This document shows, piece after piece, positions 31,486 through 43,185 of a stretch of DNA of 64,000 bases. How positions within the stretch are numbered: the stretch's first letter is position 1; each line of letters opens with the position of its first letter. The stretch is from assembly GCA_977030845.1 (NCBI GenBank), contig OZ365112.1:22630001-22694000 (forward strand), in the 5' to 3' direction. The position numbers and the translations under genes are program-made. The notes under the pieces were generated by a model that was given only the letters and a program-made list of their open reading frames with translations, ran no database searches and had not been told where the DNA came from. Source of the DNA: Fimbriosthenelais zetlandica. Its lineage: Eukaryota.

Positions 31486-33091
31486 ATGGCATTTTGTGGA
31501 TGTTCAAGGAAAAGATGTCCTGAAGATATCAGTGGCTTGAGTTCCATATGCGAGGAAGTTTTATCGCCAGAAATGGTAACTATTTTTATCTGAATAATTT
31601 TACCACAATCAATGTTGAATAACTCCCTTTTCTCACCTGCTCCTGCTGTCAGAGGCATGGGCCATGGCGCTAAGTGAGGAATTATGGACTTTAGTTTTAG
31701 TAAATTTTGCGATTTATTGACATTGACATTGGCCATTTAAGATATTAAGTCATTAGAATCTAAATTTAAGAATGCCTTACAGTGCCTTTACGGTTTAATA
31801 CCATTTGATTTGAACAGGTGTCTGCATACAAGATGAAAGGCAGAGAAGCCTGGGAGAAGACCTGGGACATTTTCAATACAATCACAGGATGGAAGAACTC
31901 GAGGGGCACAGATCTAACCACAGGAATTATTCACTACCAAAACTTCAAAGGCATTGGGAAAATCTTTCGATTACAGGTATATCTATTCTAGATGCCTACA
32001 TATAGATCTAATATGCTATAATATATATCTGAATATCTCTGCTGCCTAATTCACATATTTAGTTTTATTTCACATTTCCCAACTAGATCCTAGAGGCCTG
32101 TCCTAAGAATTATCATGTTTTCTTTTTCCTTTTCAACAGGGCATTTTGCCCATGGCACCCATGAGACTATTCAATGAAATCACCATGAATGTTGAGCAAA
32201 GCCCTAAGTGGAACACTGCTGTATTAGAATCCAGGGTAAGTTAATTAGACCTGTATTTTATTTAAGATCTTATTTTATTTTACTAGATTGGTCTTAGCCC
32301 TCGGCATACTATTTTCCAAGATTGGCAAGAACCCTAATTTCTATTTTTCTTTTTCAGATTATAGAGGACATTGATGAGGACACAGATATATGCCACAATA
32401 TAAGTGCTGATGCCGCAGGGGGACTTGTCGCTAAGAGGTTAGGATAATTTTATTATTTTTCTACCTTTGATAGGATTTAGTTGACAGTCACAGGCAAGCA
32501 CATAATTCACATTTTGTCCAGGACAGGTCTGCTATTATTTTTAATACCGGTACCCGATACAGTAACTTTTCCGACCATTGCTCCATGAATAATTGAAAAT
32601 CCACCTTCCCCCCTTCCCCACCCCTCCCATATCCTGCAGGGATTTTGTATCAGTAAGGCATTGGAGGAAACAAGATGGTGTCATTATATCAGCGAGTTGT
32701 GGTGTTGAACATCCAAGGGTTCCCCCATCCAAGAATTGCGTCAGGTTAGTAAAATTGTTGGCTACCCGGTACTGTAATTTCCATTGGTATCTTCCATCCA
32801 ATTATTCCGCCTATTTCCCTCCCAATCTATGTCTTAAAAGCCTAAAATTATTGATCGATATTTTGTTGTAGGGGCATTAATAAGCCTGGGGGTTGGGTTT
32901 TTGCACCACACGACACTGACCCAGACCTGTGTGTGTTCAGCTGGTTCATGGGAACGGACCTGAAAATCTGGTTACCACAGACCGTCCTAGACCGGGTGCT
33001 CTCATCCATGCTCCTCGATTTCTTCCAAAACCTCAGAAAGCATATAGAGAACGACTCCATCCTGGTCACCAACCCAATCAAGGACCACTAA
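31486..33091 (+). CDS. START-domain lipid/sterol transfer protein of the StAR/STARD3 type, START domain only
   Basis: Exons 31486-31575, 31818-31976, 32140-32235, 32358-32437, 32640-32744, 32872-33091 in frame. Motifs PKWNTAV, ADAAGGLVAKRDFVSVR (cf. STARD3 AAGGVVSPRDFVNVR), VRGINKPGGW, GTDLKIWLPQ. An upstream in-frame ATG at 31369 makes the start uncertain. Confidence 0.88.
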
Positions 33092-33573
33092 TCCCTTAGA
33101 CCCAATATTCATTATATTTAATTTTATCAATATTATACTTTACAAAATTAAGATTTGTCCTATGTGTACATCTATATTAGTGACCCGTATGGTGTTTATT
33201 GTGCAACGAAAAATATGCAAATTACTTCCAAGCAATTTATTGACGTTTCTTTGGTCTTTCCCTTTATAGTGCCTTAGTAGTAGACTAATACATGATCTTA
33301 GCCTAAGAAAAGTAGGAATTTATTGCAGTAAATAGGTTGTGGTCTTCGTATATAATTTTATATGGAATCTTAGTAATGGTATATATATCCTGAATTTAAA
33401 TGCCTTGCTTCATCTCTCCTTAACACGGAATACATAATTTATGTATTTGTTTATCCTACTCATGTAGTAGCGATACATGAATAAGTCTTGAAATTCATGT
33501 AATATTACAGCGAGTGTAATATAATATATCACCTTGGGCGACCAAAGTCCATGGATATCAAGAGCGCTACCGT

Positions 33574-36500
33574 TTAGATCTGAAAACCAAGAGGAAAATG
33601 AGAACGCACCATAAATATTATGCTGTGCATATCAATCCAGCTATTCTCATATAACTTTTCTTGTGAGTAAAAGTTCGTGTATTGGGATTTCTATGTTGAA
33701 GGTTAAACCTACCTTAAGATCCCAGATGATGAGCTTGGCATCTATTCCCGAAGTGGAGAACTTGCGAGCATTGCTTTTGTCCCCTTCATAGATGGCCACC
33801 TGACTGTAAGAAGTGAAAATGCTACTAATGAAATCACAACTAAACATCTTAGGCCTTAAAATGAGGAATCCTGGAAAACGTAGAGTATTTATTCAGTATT
33901 ATCTAAGTATGTCACTCACGTGATGGTGTTCTGATGTACGCTGGTCAGTTCAGTCTTATTGTCATCCATGGTTTGCCCTCGGGTATCCAGTGTCTGGAAA
34001 TGTTTCATGGCCCTGAAATAAAACCAAGGCCAATGACTGATCAACTTTTAAATATCAATGAGGAAGAGACTAAAGAAACATACAGATTTGTCTGCCTCTG
34101 GCTATGCTGTGTGTGTCTTCCAGGTTTCTCAATTGCCCTTACGTTCAAGTAGCAATATCAAGTTAATTCTTACGTGAACTTGGTCGATGCTGAAGCCTTG
34201 CCTTCATCCAGTTTGCTGACAAACTTCAGCTCTTGTCCATTGTAGTGGTAGTGCATAGGGACGCAGTCATGTCCCTACAAAGAGACAATCATACAAGGGG
34301 GTTTACAAATAATGTAAAAAATACACCCATCAACCCAGGCCCCTTAAATTGAAAGGTAATACATGTACAACTTACAGCCACAAGCAGGGCACCTTCCTTC
34401 ACCCATGTACAGCTTACAAATGGCAGAAATTTGGTCTTGATGGTCAACAATCTGAAGAAAAAAACAGAAATAGAAACGTCAATACAACTTATATTGTATG
34501 AGGTTAGCAACCAGTTGTTGCCATATATATTATGCTTCATTGTCATAATTTCCTAACCATATCTTTTCCTGATCACATAAAAGACACAAAAGTACTTACT
34601 GCTGATCAGAGGCAGGGTTAGCAATAGAGATGCTGGAGTCATGTCCCACCCAGGCCAGCTGGTCTCCGCCCGCAGAGAAAGACACATCATGTACCCAGCC
34701 ACCTATCATACCAATCATAACACTGACAATCACATTCATGTATTATTCATTGATATTATGGAGCTTCAAGTTTTATCCTTATCTTTCAACAACGCCAAAA
34801 AAGTTTACTCTTAATAGTACAACATCTTCCTTAAAACACATGCATATTACTGTCCCTCGACTAATAGTATAGATTTGTGGAAAGAAATGAGATATTGGGG
34901 TCACCTAATGGAAAATGTATGAACATAAACCTGTTAAATTTGTAGAACCCATGCAGACTACAGACACTCAGGTAGAAGGGTAAAGTACTACGATTTCACT
35001 CTTAGAACAATTCTTTAGGATCTAATTAACCCATAATAACCAATGTCCATTAAATCCTTCGTCCCCACGCCTATGAATGAATGAAATAGCTATGACAACG
35101 GCTAAACCTAACCACTACACTGTTCATGCAAAACTTATCTGACCGATTCCAAGAAACTATGGAGCTGACATTAAAATTCTCTAAATTAATTGGAACCGAC
35201 CAAATAGTCAATGTCGATGCTGCACCGCACATAACTGTCCCAGGTCCCATTAATTAAAAAGATTTCATTTCAAAACTTGAGCAGGAGTCGAAACAGTTGG
35301 GGTAATTTGGGTTGGGATGAGTTAATGTAAAGGGACACCATTGCAAAATATGGCTTTTGTCATATTCGTACAGCATAGAAAGTAATGACATTATGTCCAA
35401 GCTTTGGCTAAAGTAATCCATAAAGGGCAGAATATTAAACGCTGCCAGCAGACGCTCACGCGCTGACTGCCATTGTGAACATTGACCCCTCTATGAGCAC
35501 ATACACACAACTAAGAAAATCCCCAGATTCCATCAAGAGTAGCAGCCATCATAGAATATTATGAATAATTGAAAATTTATATAGAGAATCATGGAAATTC
35601 CTATACTTGTTTCTAGCTTTAGCTTCATAAGATAACTCTGCTGCCCTTGTTGAATCAATTCAAGAATATAAATGGGAAATTAAACTACATATCAAATTCA
35701 AAATGAAACATGTCATCAAGTCCAAAAATAACCAGGACATGGTGCAGTTAAACTAACACTGATCACCCACCTTTCTGCGATCCTGAAGTTTGGAAAAAGA
35801 GTACGCAAACAAATGAAAACCTAAAGTCGTTTCAACGAGCTTTCAGTAAATCAAAAGTTATTTCAGATTACAATAAATTAATTATTGACGAGCCAACTGT
35901 TAAGAAAATATCTGTATCACCTTAAACTGAAAGTGAAAGAAGTGCAAGGGGTAATCTACTTATATAATTCAATATATTTATAGGGTAAATTAATTTCATC
36001 TAGAATAACTTTTCATATGGTCCAGAAAATATTACACATCTACTGTAGAATCCTGATGGAGTCAATGGTCAAAAGCTACAAGGCATAGACATCATGTGTA
36101 GACACTGATTCCTGACATATTAACAGCTGGGGACTGACCATGGTCCAGTCATTCCAGGTCCGTTCTTCACCTTTACAAACTTGTCATTCAAGTTTATCAA
36201 TGTATGTCTTCCAGTGGACATAGAAATGAGGTGGAACAAATGGTCAGAGATAAGAGAAGGCTTGATATCTTGTTTTAGAGGACAAGCCATTCAGAAGCCA
36301 TGCATGATTGTGCCTTACGAGTAGCAGAGATGTCTTACGTGAGCCTGTGTATCTGTTGACCATTATTCTCACCATGGATTATAGGGAGTGAAGACACACC
36401 TCCGCCGTTTGAGTACTCAGCCATCAAGTTTCCAAATGTCATCTTCTTCCCCCATGATGTGGCAGCAGGCTTTTCATCCACCTCCTTGATGTAGGCAGAG

Positions 36501-37857
36501 AACACTCTGTCAACACAAACAATTATTACTCAATTACTCAACCATACTCGGCAACCTTTAGCCAACATAATATTTCATTTTCATTGATAATTGTGACCGA
36601 TTAAAGATATGACAAACCTGGCTTTAAAATCGCTGGAGCCTGCAGCAATCAATACGTTGTTAGGATGCCAGTCAAGGCTGAAAAACAAGAACATATTCAA
36701 CACCACTCAGTCACTCAATAAGAGAATATAAATTGACGCAATTATTTAATTTGAGTGTTATATAGTATGGTAGAACTCAATACTGAGTTTATTGAGTTCT
36801 AAACTCGGCACACATGCCAGAGCTGAGTAGTAAGGAAACATACCTAGTAACAGTTGAGCGGAGTGGCTTCTTGATGTGCTTGCTCACCCACCAGTCATTC
36901 TCCTGCTCAAAGTAACATACGGATATCAGTCTGGCACTGCTTCCAACTGCAAACTTGGTCTCTGAAAGAGAAAATGGCAATTTTTAAAACTCACAAACCA
37001 ATGACAAATATCTGATCATATAGATAAGTATATAAGCCTTAGGTAAAACTAAAGCATATCAATACTGCATGCTTTTACCATGTTGAACAAATAATAGCTC
37101 TTGTATGACAAGTGCTTCTTTGTGACAAATAGCTTTTGGATGACAAATTGTACTGTGTATTTGTCCTTACCAAGAGGGGACCACTTGACATGAGTGGCAG
37201 CTCGGTTAATACGCAAGATGACCAGAGTAGGTTTCCATGTTCCCTGCTGCTCCGTCCACACATAGGCATTACGATCCTGAGATAGAAAAAAAAATGTTTA
37301 TAACAATTTTATATAGGATCAAGGAACTGGGGAGATCCCATATGTCTGAATTAAATTTATTATTTACCATACATTATCACTTTGAAAAAAAACTTACCGC
37401 ACCACATGTTACAATGCGGTTGCTGCGTGCGGCCCAATCAATCCCGGTGATTCGCTGGACATGCTCAGTTAGGGTAGCAGTCTGCTCCCACTTGTTACCA
37501 ACTCTTTTATAGATGTGTACTTCATGATTGTTGGGTGACATGGCCATCTCTGCAAGGTTCAAACTCTTAATACAATATATCCAATTAATAGTTTCCAAAC
37601 AGATACATAACTTTAAAAAAAATAATTTCCAGATATTTTACATATCTAGACCTACTTCATGGCTGATCTACTTCAAGGGAAGAACCTTCAAATATTGCTT
37701 CGATTTTAAGTATTTTTTCTCATGAAAATGATAATTGGGCACTTTTAAAAATTGAATTTATGAAACTCAAATGAAAAAAGATAGACTTACGCGTTCGATC
37801 ACCGTTGAAGGCATGGCATGTAATTGGTGTAATACCAAAACTGTGAGTTTCTGGCAT
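33574..37857 (-). CDS. ARPC1A: Arp2/3 complex subunit 1 (p41-Arc, WD40)
   Basis: [22 protein letters not shown]; [10 protein letters not shown]; [21 protein letters not shown]; [22 protein letters not shown]; [10 protein letters not shown]; GHDCVP; [13 protein letters not shown]. Pre-duplication ARPC1A/B co-ortholog. Terminal exon uncertain (predicted Ile-stop at 33579-33574). Confidence 0.95.
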
Positions 37858-38848
37858 TTTTCCTAATATTTGTTTCAACCTGATAACCTGTGTGAGAGAG
37901 AACAAAATCTATTATAATAATAATTCGTAATTTAATTTTCTATTTCGTTTTTTACTGTGATCCTATTAAATCTAGTTTTGATAGGACCAATATTCGCTTT
38001 CCAAAGAGCTATGCAGGTCTACGTCCCTTGGCCATTGATTCCACACACACTCCGAACAGTGAGTGTACGGACTGGTTTCACAGATAGTTACTGCAGTTCA
38101 GCTGTCAAACAATAGGTGGCAGTAGTTTCGCATTTTATGCGTGGAACCAGCCGATCATTCTAGTTTTGACTGAAATGTTGATTAATACTATAGCCTGATC
38201 CCTAAGGTCGGGTTCCACCCACCAAAGGTTTAGATAGAATATCTGAAATAAGGGAGATCTCCCACAAAAGGTGCAGGATGCCGGGGGACACCCCGGGAAT
38301 GCCGGGGGACACCCCGCCTTGGATGTGGGAGGATCCTCCCCCGGTAGGCTTACTTATCCGGGCTTCTGTCGGGACAGATCTATTAAACGTTGAACAAATT
38401 TCAATATATTTTGTATGTCTCATATTACTGAATCAATGATATACTCACAGAACCTTTGTAAAGCAGCAAGTTTTCCCGAAATTCGCGGACTCTGGGCAGT
38501 CTACACGAATTTCCTTCTCAAGATAAATGCGGAAGTGGATGTAGGTCACCAGGTCGGCGCTTGAGTTAGATTGCTGCTGCGAAACGTGGTCCTGCGAAGT
38601 GGGTCCGGTGCAGCTCTTCTACTAGAAACAGTCATACATGGGATAAACTTTTTAGAAAATAAATTATTGATCTATTTTGGATCATGTATGTTATGGGAGG
38701 AAGTATACGGTTGTGTATCTAAGAAAATACAACAAGAATTAAGGGGACTTTTTCCTATTTGTTTCAACCAATGAGAAGCTTACGAGTCAGCTGCCTCGAA
38801 ACTAGGTCACGAGGTCGGGGAAGCCCTTGTTGTTTCCTGTCATTCAGC

Positions 38849-40504
38849 ATGTGCAAGTGGGAGTTTGGAGCACTATTAGTGCTTATTCTGCAAATCTTGG
38901 TGTTATCAGCAGAATTTATAGACGATAATGATCCAGTGTATGTATCAACAGACCCATCTGTGCGAGAGCCGAGGCCATGTGAGAGTAAGTAGCTCAAAAT
39001 AATCCCCTACTAGATCTGTTATAATCCCCGACCGTAGGGGCAGGGCCAGGCAGTCTATCTATCGGCACTTCACGTTAGGCTAGCGGTGGAAAATCAATGC
39101 AATTTCATTTGTTTACATGTACATGGTACCGTATTTTGTTTTTTTAATGTATATTTTGCGTATTTTTCTGTTGCTAGTTTGCAAATATCTTGTGACGGAA
39201 CTTGGCAGTCGCCTGGAAAAAAGTGGCAGATCATCAGAAGTGTTAGAAACAGGCCAGAGGCCAGATCAACCAAGGAAACGCATTGCTTACAAGCATTCGT
39301 ATGTATTGCCTATATAATCTATCCAATTCATTAAACTTTAGTACGAACTCTGGTATTTTAAAATGATAATCCCCCCCCCATCACCAGGTCAGGGCGTTTA
39401 TTATAGACATGGGATTTTCTTTTTCAGAGAATTGCGTTTAGTTGAAGCCCTTCACGAACCCCACATATGTCAAAATATCCTCAACTATAATGTCCATGCT
39501 GAGAGGAAAGGCAGTCTTCGTTACGGCAAGGGTGAAAGTGAGACTATGTCAACCCTCAAAGGCTTAGTGTAAGTAATTTTCCTTATGGACTTTTGTAATA
39601 CTTGTATGTGATTCCTGAAATGGAAAATGGTTACTATTTCATCTCTAGGTGTACAATGCGGCTTTTAACATTGTTATAACATTTGTCTTGCAGGGATAAA
39701 GGAGTGAAAGTTGAACTTGGAATTCCTAATGAATTGTGGGATGAACCATCTGCTGAAGTCACAAAGATGAACAGAGCAGTAAGTAATAAAATGCAAGAGT
39801 TGGGAAATAATTCTTTTTATTGTAAATATAATATCTTAGCTGACATCCATGTTAAGAAACACTGAAATATACATTACCGACAACTTTCCAATACTTTAAC
39901 AATAGTTAATGGTTTTCAGTGTTATAACCTCGTGGAACAGTACGAAGATGACATAGAAGAGTGGTATTATAACCATCAGGAGGAAAACTTAGCCCAATAC
40001 ATTTGTGCTGATCGGTTTCTCAAAGATAAAAATGCCAACCCTTGTAAGTACAACCTTTGTTATTAGACTGAGTTCATGGCGTTAAATCACCATTCATTCA
40101 TTCATTCATTCATTAGACTGAGTTCCATTCCATCAGATGTACAATGATTCAATATATTTTTACCCTCATCATTTGTTGATAGCTTTATCTCTTTAATGAG
40201 GAAATGATTCTTTTTATTCAGCTTGCCTCATGGAACTCGCACCACAGAAGGAAAACAAAAAGAAATTAAAAAAGAAGAAGAAAGGTAATTCTTCCATCAT
40301 GCATATTAAGTGTAGGCCTACATGTAATAGTCAACGAATTGTATTGAATAAGAAGCTAATACTAACTTTCAGATTTGCGCTACATTTTGTACATCCTACT
40401 GGTACTAAAACAAAGCATTGTACATTTTGGCTTAGAGAACTTTACTCTGTTTTTCAGATAAAGACCGCAAAGGAGACTCGGGAAGTCCTAAGGATGAGTT
40501 ATGA
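38849..40504 (+). CDS. CNPY4: Canopy homolog CNPY4 (PRAT4B-like saposin-fold ER protein)
   Basis: Exons 38849-38984, 39178-39298, 39428-39568, 39694-39778, 39920-40043, 40222-40284, 40458-40504. Signal peptide; [58 protein letters not shown] (closer to CNPY4 than to CNPY3 as recalled); C-terminal PKDEL. Confidence 0.93.
40091..40114. repeat. (CATT)n microsatellite flanked by a duplicated attagactgagttc
   Basis: Six CATT units in a CNPY4 intron; the 14-mer occurs on both sides (near 40062 and 40112). Confidence 0.75.
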
Positions 40505-41145
40505 TGTCTTGGGAGCCAAATATAGAGACGTATGTAAAATATAGAGTTAAATGTTTTACCTAGTTTTAAGATTAAGTGGCAGTTTCTAGCAGGTATGTAC
40601 AGTTTTGTCCCATGTTTCGACCTTAACTGGGTCATAAAGCCGACTATTTTTTCTCCACTATTGCATGTATAAATATTAAGGATTTATATAGTTGTGGTAA
40701 TACATTTCTATTAACTTATTTGATGTATGATAAAATGCAAACACAGAGACAAAGGTACAAAAATAGACATTAGGAATCCAACAGAAACAAAATTATTTAC
40801 AGTTTTCGTGAATACAATTGTGAACGTGTGGGTCCGAAAAGGGCGCACCTGGTCAATATTATCCAAGATATTTTCGTGAATATAACTGTTACAGTGACAG
40901 TACATTAAGTTACGAAAAATATTGAAGCATATATACAGGAATTTCCTCTGTCCCATATACCCAGAGACATTCCATTCTAAATAGAAAAATGTGGAATAGT
41001 GGCTGGTTTAAAATCTATAAATTGTCTTGACATCTGTCCTGGTTTACATTGCCTTCCTATATGGGAAGGTCTTCCATACATCTACCGAATGAGATGAGCA
41101 AAAAGTATAGGTATCGTTCCCAGCCTTGTTCAGGCAGATGGTTCC

Positions 41146-43185
41146 TCACTCACTTACATCACTATAACCCATGTTACAGTCCAGAGGAGTTGGACCATAA
41201 TCGAGTGATGGCCAAGGAGATGAATTAGAATTGGGGAGATATGATGAAGTGCCAGCGAAAGCCCAAGCCTGGTTGGCTTCCTCTGCCATCATTAATTCCA
41301 GTTGTCCACCGAGCTCAGCTGGGCTGTTATCGATATTGTCAGGTTCAGTCTCCATCATTAGACTATCTGTTGGGGAATCGTACAAACGTGGGGTACCTCC
41401 ATAGAAGGGAGACCCACTGCCCTGTGAAGATCCAACACTTTTAGGTGTAGAGCAGTTGCTGTTCTGGCTGAGCTCAAACCTTCTACGCATCATAGCTATG
41501 AGCTGAAGCCTGGGTGAATCAGCTGGTCCTGAGATGGATCGCAGGAGAGCTGGAGATGGGCTCCTGGAACTTGAAGATGAGGGTGTTTGTGGCGGTGTAT
41601 TGTTCACTTTGGGTGTGGCTGGTGTAGCAGTTTGACTGTTTGGTTCATAAGTTGACATGGTCGCATCAAAGTGTTCCAGTGAGAATGGGGTTCCATACAT
41701 GCCATGATCATTAAAGTCCATCTCATGGCCAGGCGTGTTTGGGACTGACCAAGTGTTAGGTTGATCAGGCAATGAAACGGGTGAATCATCAATCCCCTCA
41801 ACACTGGCGTCATCCAGGTTGGGGATATAGGTGAGGTTTGTTACATCGAGGTCCCTGCCTGGTGTCATTGGAAGGGAATCAGTCTCTTCAGTTTCAGAAA
41901 TATTGATTGTCTTTTCACACATTTGACTTTGTTCATTATTATTTGGGTCCATGGTATCAGCTGCAGTCTTACCAGACTGCTCACTCTGATTATCACCATC
42001 TTCCTCTCCTTCAGATTCATTTTCTGAAAAGAGGAGTGTATCATCACTTGAATCATAGAGTATATCGAAGCTCTCGCCATTGGCTTTGCTCTGATCTTTC
42101 CTTTTAATGAACGGATTGTCTGGAGCAGGCGGGTTCTTCAGGTATTCTGGACTAAAAGGGCTATATACAAATGGCCTGGGAGAATACTCTTGGCTGCTGA
42201 GTACTTCTTCCATTGGTGGTGATTCGAATGAATCCCGAACCAACTGTTCGGTAACACAAATCTTATAAGCTGGAGCATGAAGTGGAGATTCCTCTGACTC
42301 GGAGATCTGCCGCTTTAATTTGCCTCTCACATTGTCTGGGTAGTGACTGTTTCTAGACGTTTGAACAGAGCTGGCCTCAGTGGGTTTGTTGCCATTCCCA
42401 TCATCGGATGGAGCAGAGGTGCCATTTGTATTCAGATTAGTACTGGTAGGAGCAGGAGAAAGGTTGGACGGTGAATTGGGCAAGAACACCGGAGAATGCG
42501 GCAGAGGGACCCAGCCTAGAGCAGACGCTGGATGTTTCGAAGTTGAAGGAATTGAGGGTGGATAGGTGGAGGCTCTGTCCAGTGCACAAGAATGGTCTGA
42601 TGGCTTGATGCTGGAGCAGGGAGTAGGAGCGGGAGGAGAATCAGGAGTAGGTGATTCTGAAGTTAAATCACTTGTAGGATTCTGATGAGGTTGTTTATTC
42701 TTTAAATTAGATGGGTTGTCAACTGTGTCGGCAGCTTTGGATGATAAGTTTGTGGAAGGTGGTGGAGAGGGCGGGGTATCAGATGATGGGGAAAAACTTG
42801 GTGGACAGGATGAAAAGTTTGGTGAATATAATAGAGAAGTTGCGAAATATTGTGGAGAGGTCGGGGAATAAGAGGGAGAGGTTGGGGAATATGAGGGAGA
42901 GGTCGGGGAATATGAGGGAGAGGTCGGGGAATAGGTTGGAGAGATTGGGGTATACATTGGAGAAGTCGGGGAATAAGAGGGAGAGATTGGGGAATAGGGT
43001 GGAGAATTTGGGATATACATTGGAGAAGTCAGGGAATATGTTGAGCCATATGCTGGTGAGGAAGGGAAATATATTGGCGACTGTGGTGCGAGTTGTGGGG
43101 AAAAGGCATTTACTAAAAGCCAGTGGGTCTCCTCGTTCGATTCAACACCTCGGATAGGTGAAGATTCTCCTACTGCATCAAACAT
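41146..43185 (-). CDS. Orphan 679-aa Ser/Pro-rich disordered protein with an N-terminal Pol II CTD-like heptad array
   Basis: 2040-nt uninterrupted ORF in a genome where non-coding ORFs rarely exceed about 130 aa; candidate splice acceptor about 19 nt upstream of the ATG; no RPB1 catalytic motifs; convergent with CNPY4. Confidence 0.8.
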   Translation of the reverse strand: MFDAVGESSPIRGVESNEETHWLLVNAFSPQLAPQSPIYFPSSPAYGSTYSLTSPMYIPNSPPYSPISPSYSPTSPMYTPISPTYSPTSPSYSPTSPSYSPTSPSYSPTSPQYFATSLLYSPNFSSCPPSFSPSSDTPPSPPPSTNLSSKAADTVDNPSNLKNKQPHQNPTSDLTSESPTPDSPPAPTPCSSIKPSDHSCALDRASTYPPSIPSTSKHPASALGWVPLPHSPVFLPNSPSNLSPAPTSTNLNTNGTSAPSDDGNGNKPTEASSVQTSRNSHYPDNVRGKLKRQISESEESPLHAPAYKICVTEQLVRDSFESPPMEEVLSSQEYSPRPFVYSPFSPEYLKNPPAPDNPFIKRKDQSKANGESFDILYDSSDDTLLFSENESEGEEDGDNQSEQSGKTAADTMDPNNNEQSQMCEKTINISETEETDSLPMTPGRDLDVTNLTYIPNLDDASVEGIDDSPVSLPDQPNTWSVPNTPGHEMDFNDHGMYGTPFSLEHFDATMSTYEPNSQTATPATPKVNNTPPQTPSSSSSRSPSPALLRSISGPADSPRLQLIAMMRRRFELSQNSNCSTPKSVGSSQGSGSPFYGGTPRLYDSPTDSLMMETEPDNIDNSPAELGGQLELMMAEEANQAWAFAGTSSYLPNSNSSPWPSLDYGPTPLDCNMGYSDVSE
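42808..43071 (-). repeat. Coding 21-bp tandem repeat encoding YSPTSPS-type heptads
   Basis: Tyr every 7 residues from aa 50 to 120 (11 units), plus YFPSSPA at aa 39; three perfect YSPTSPS at 42933-42871; core DNA unit TATTCCCCGACCTCTCCCTCA. Confidence 0.95.

Noticed and set aside
36120-36330. Alternative ARPC1 exon in the 1.7-kb intron
   Set aside because: The candidate frame has no ARPC1 similarity and no convincing in-phase donor; flanking exons join cleanly without it.
42711-43157. 148-aa plus-strand ORF with repeats (MRERSGN...)
   Set aside because: It is the antisense shadow of the 21-bp heptad repeat.
41146-43185. Calling the heptad ORF RPB1/POLR2A or its terminal exon
   Set aside because: About 550 unrelated residues follow the heptads, whereas the CTD is C-terminal in RPB1, and no RPB1 catalytic exons lie upstream on this strand.
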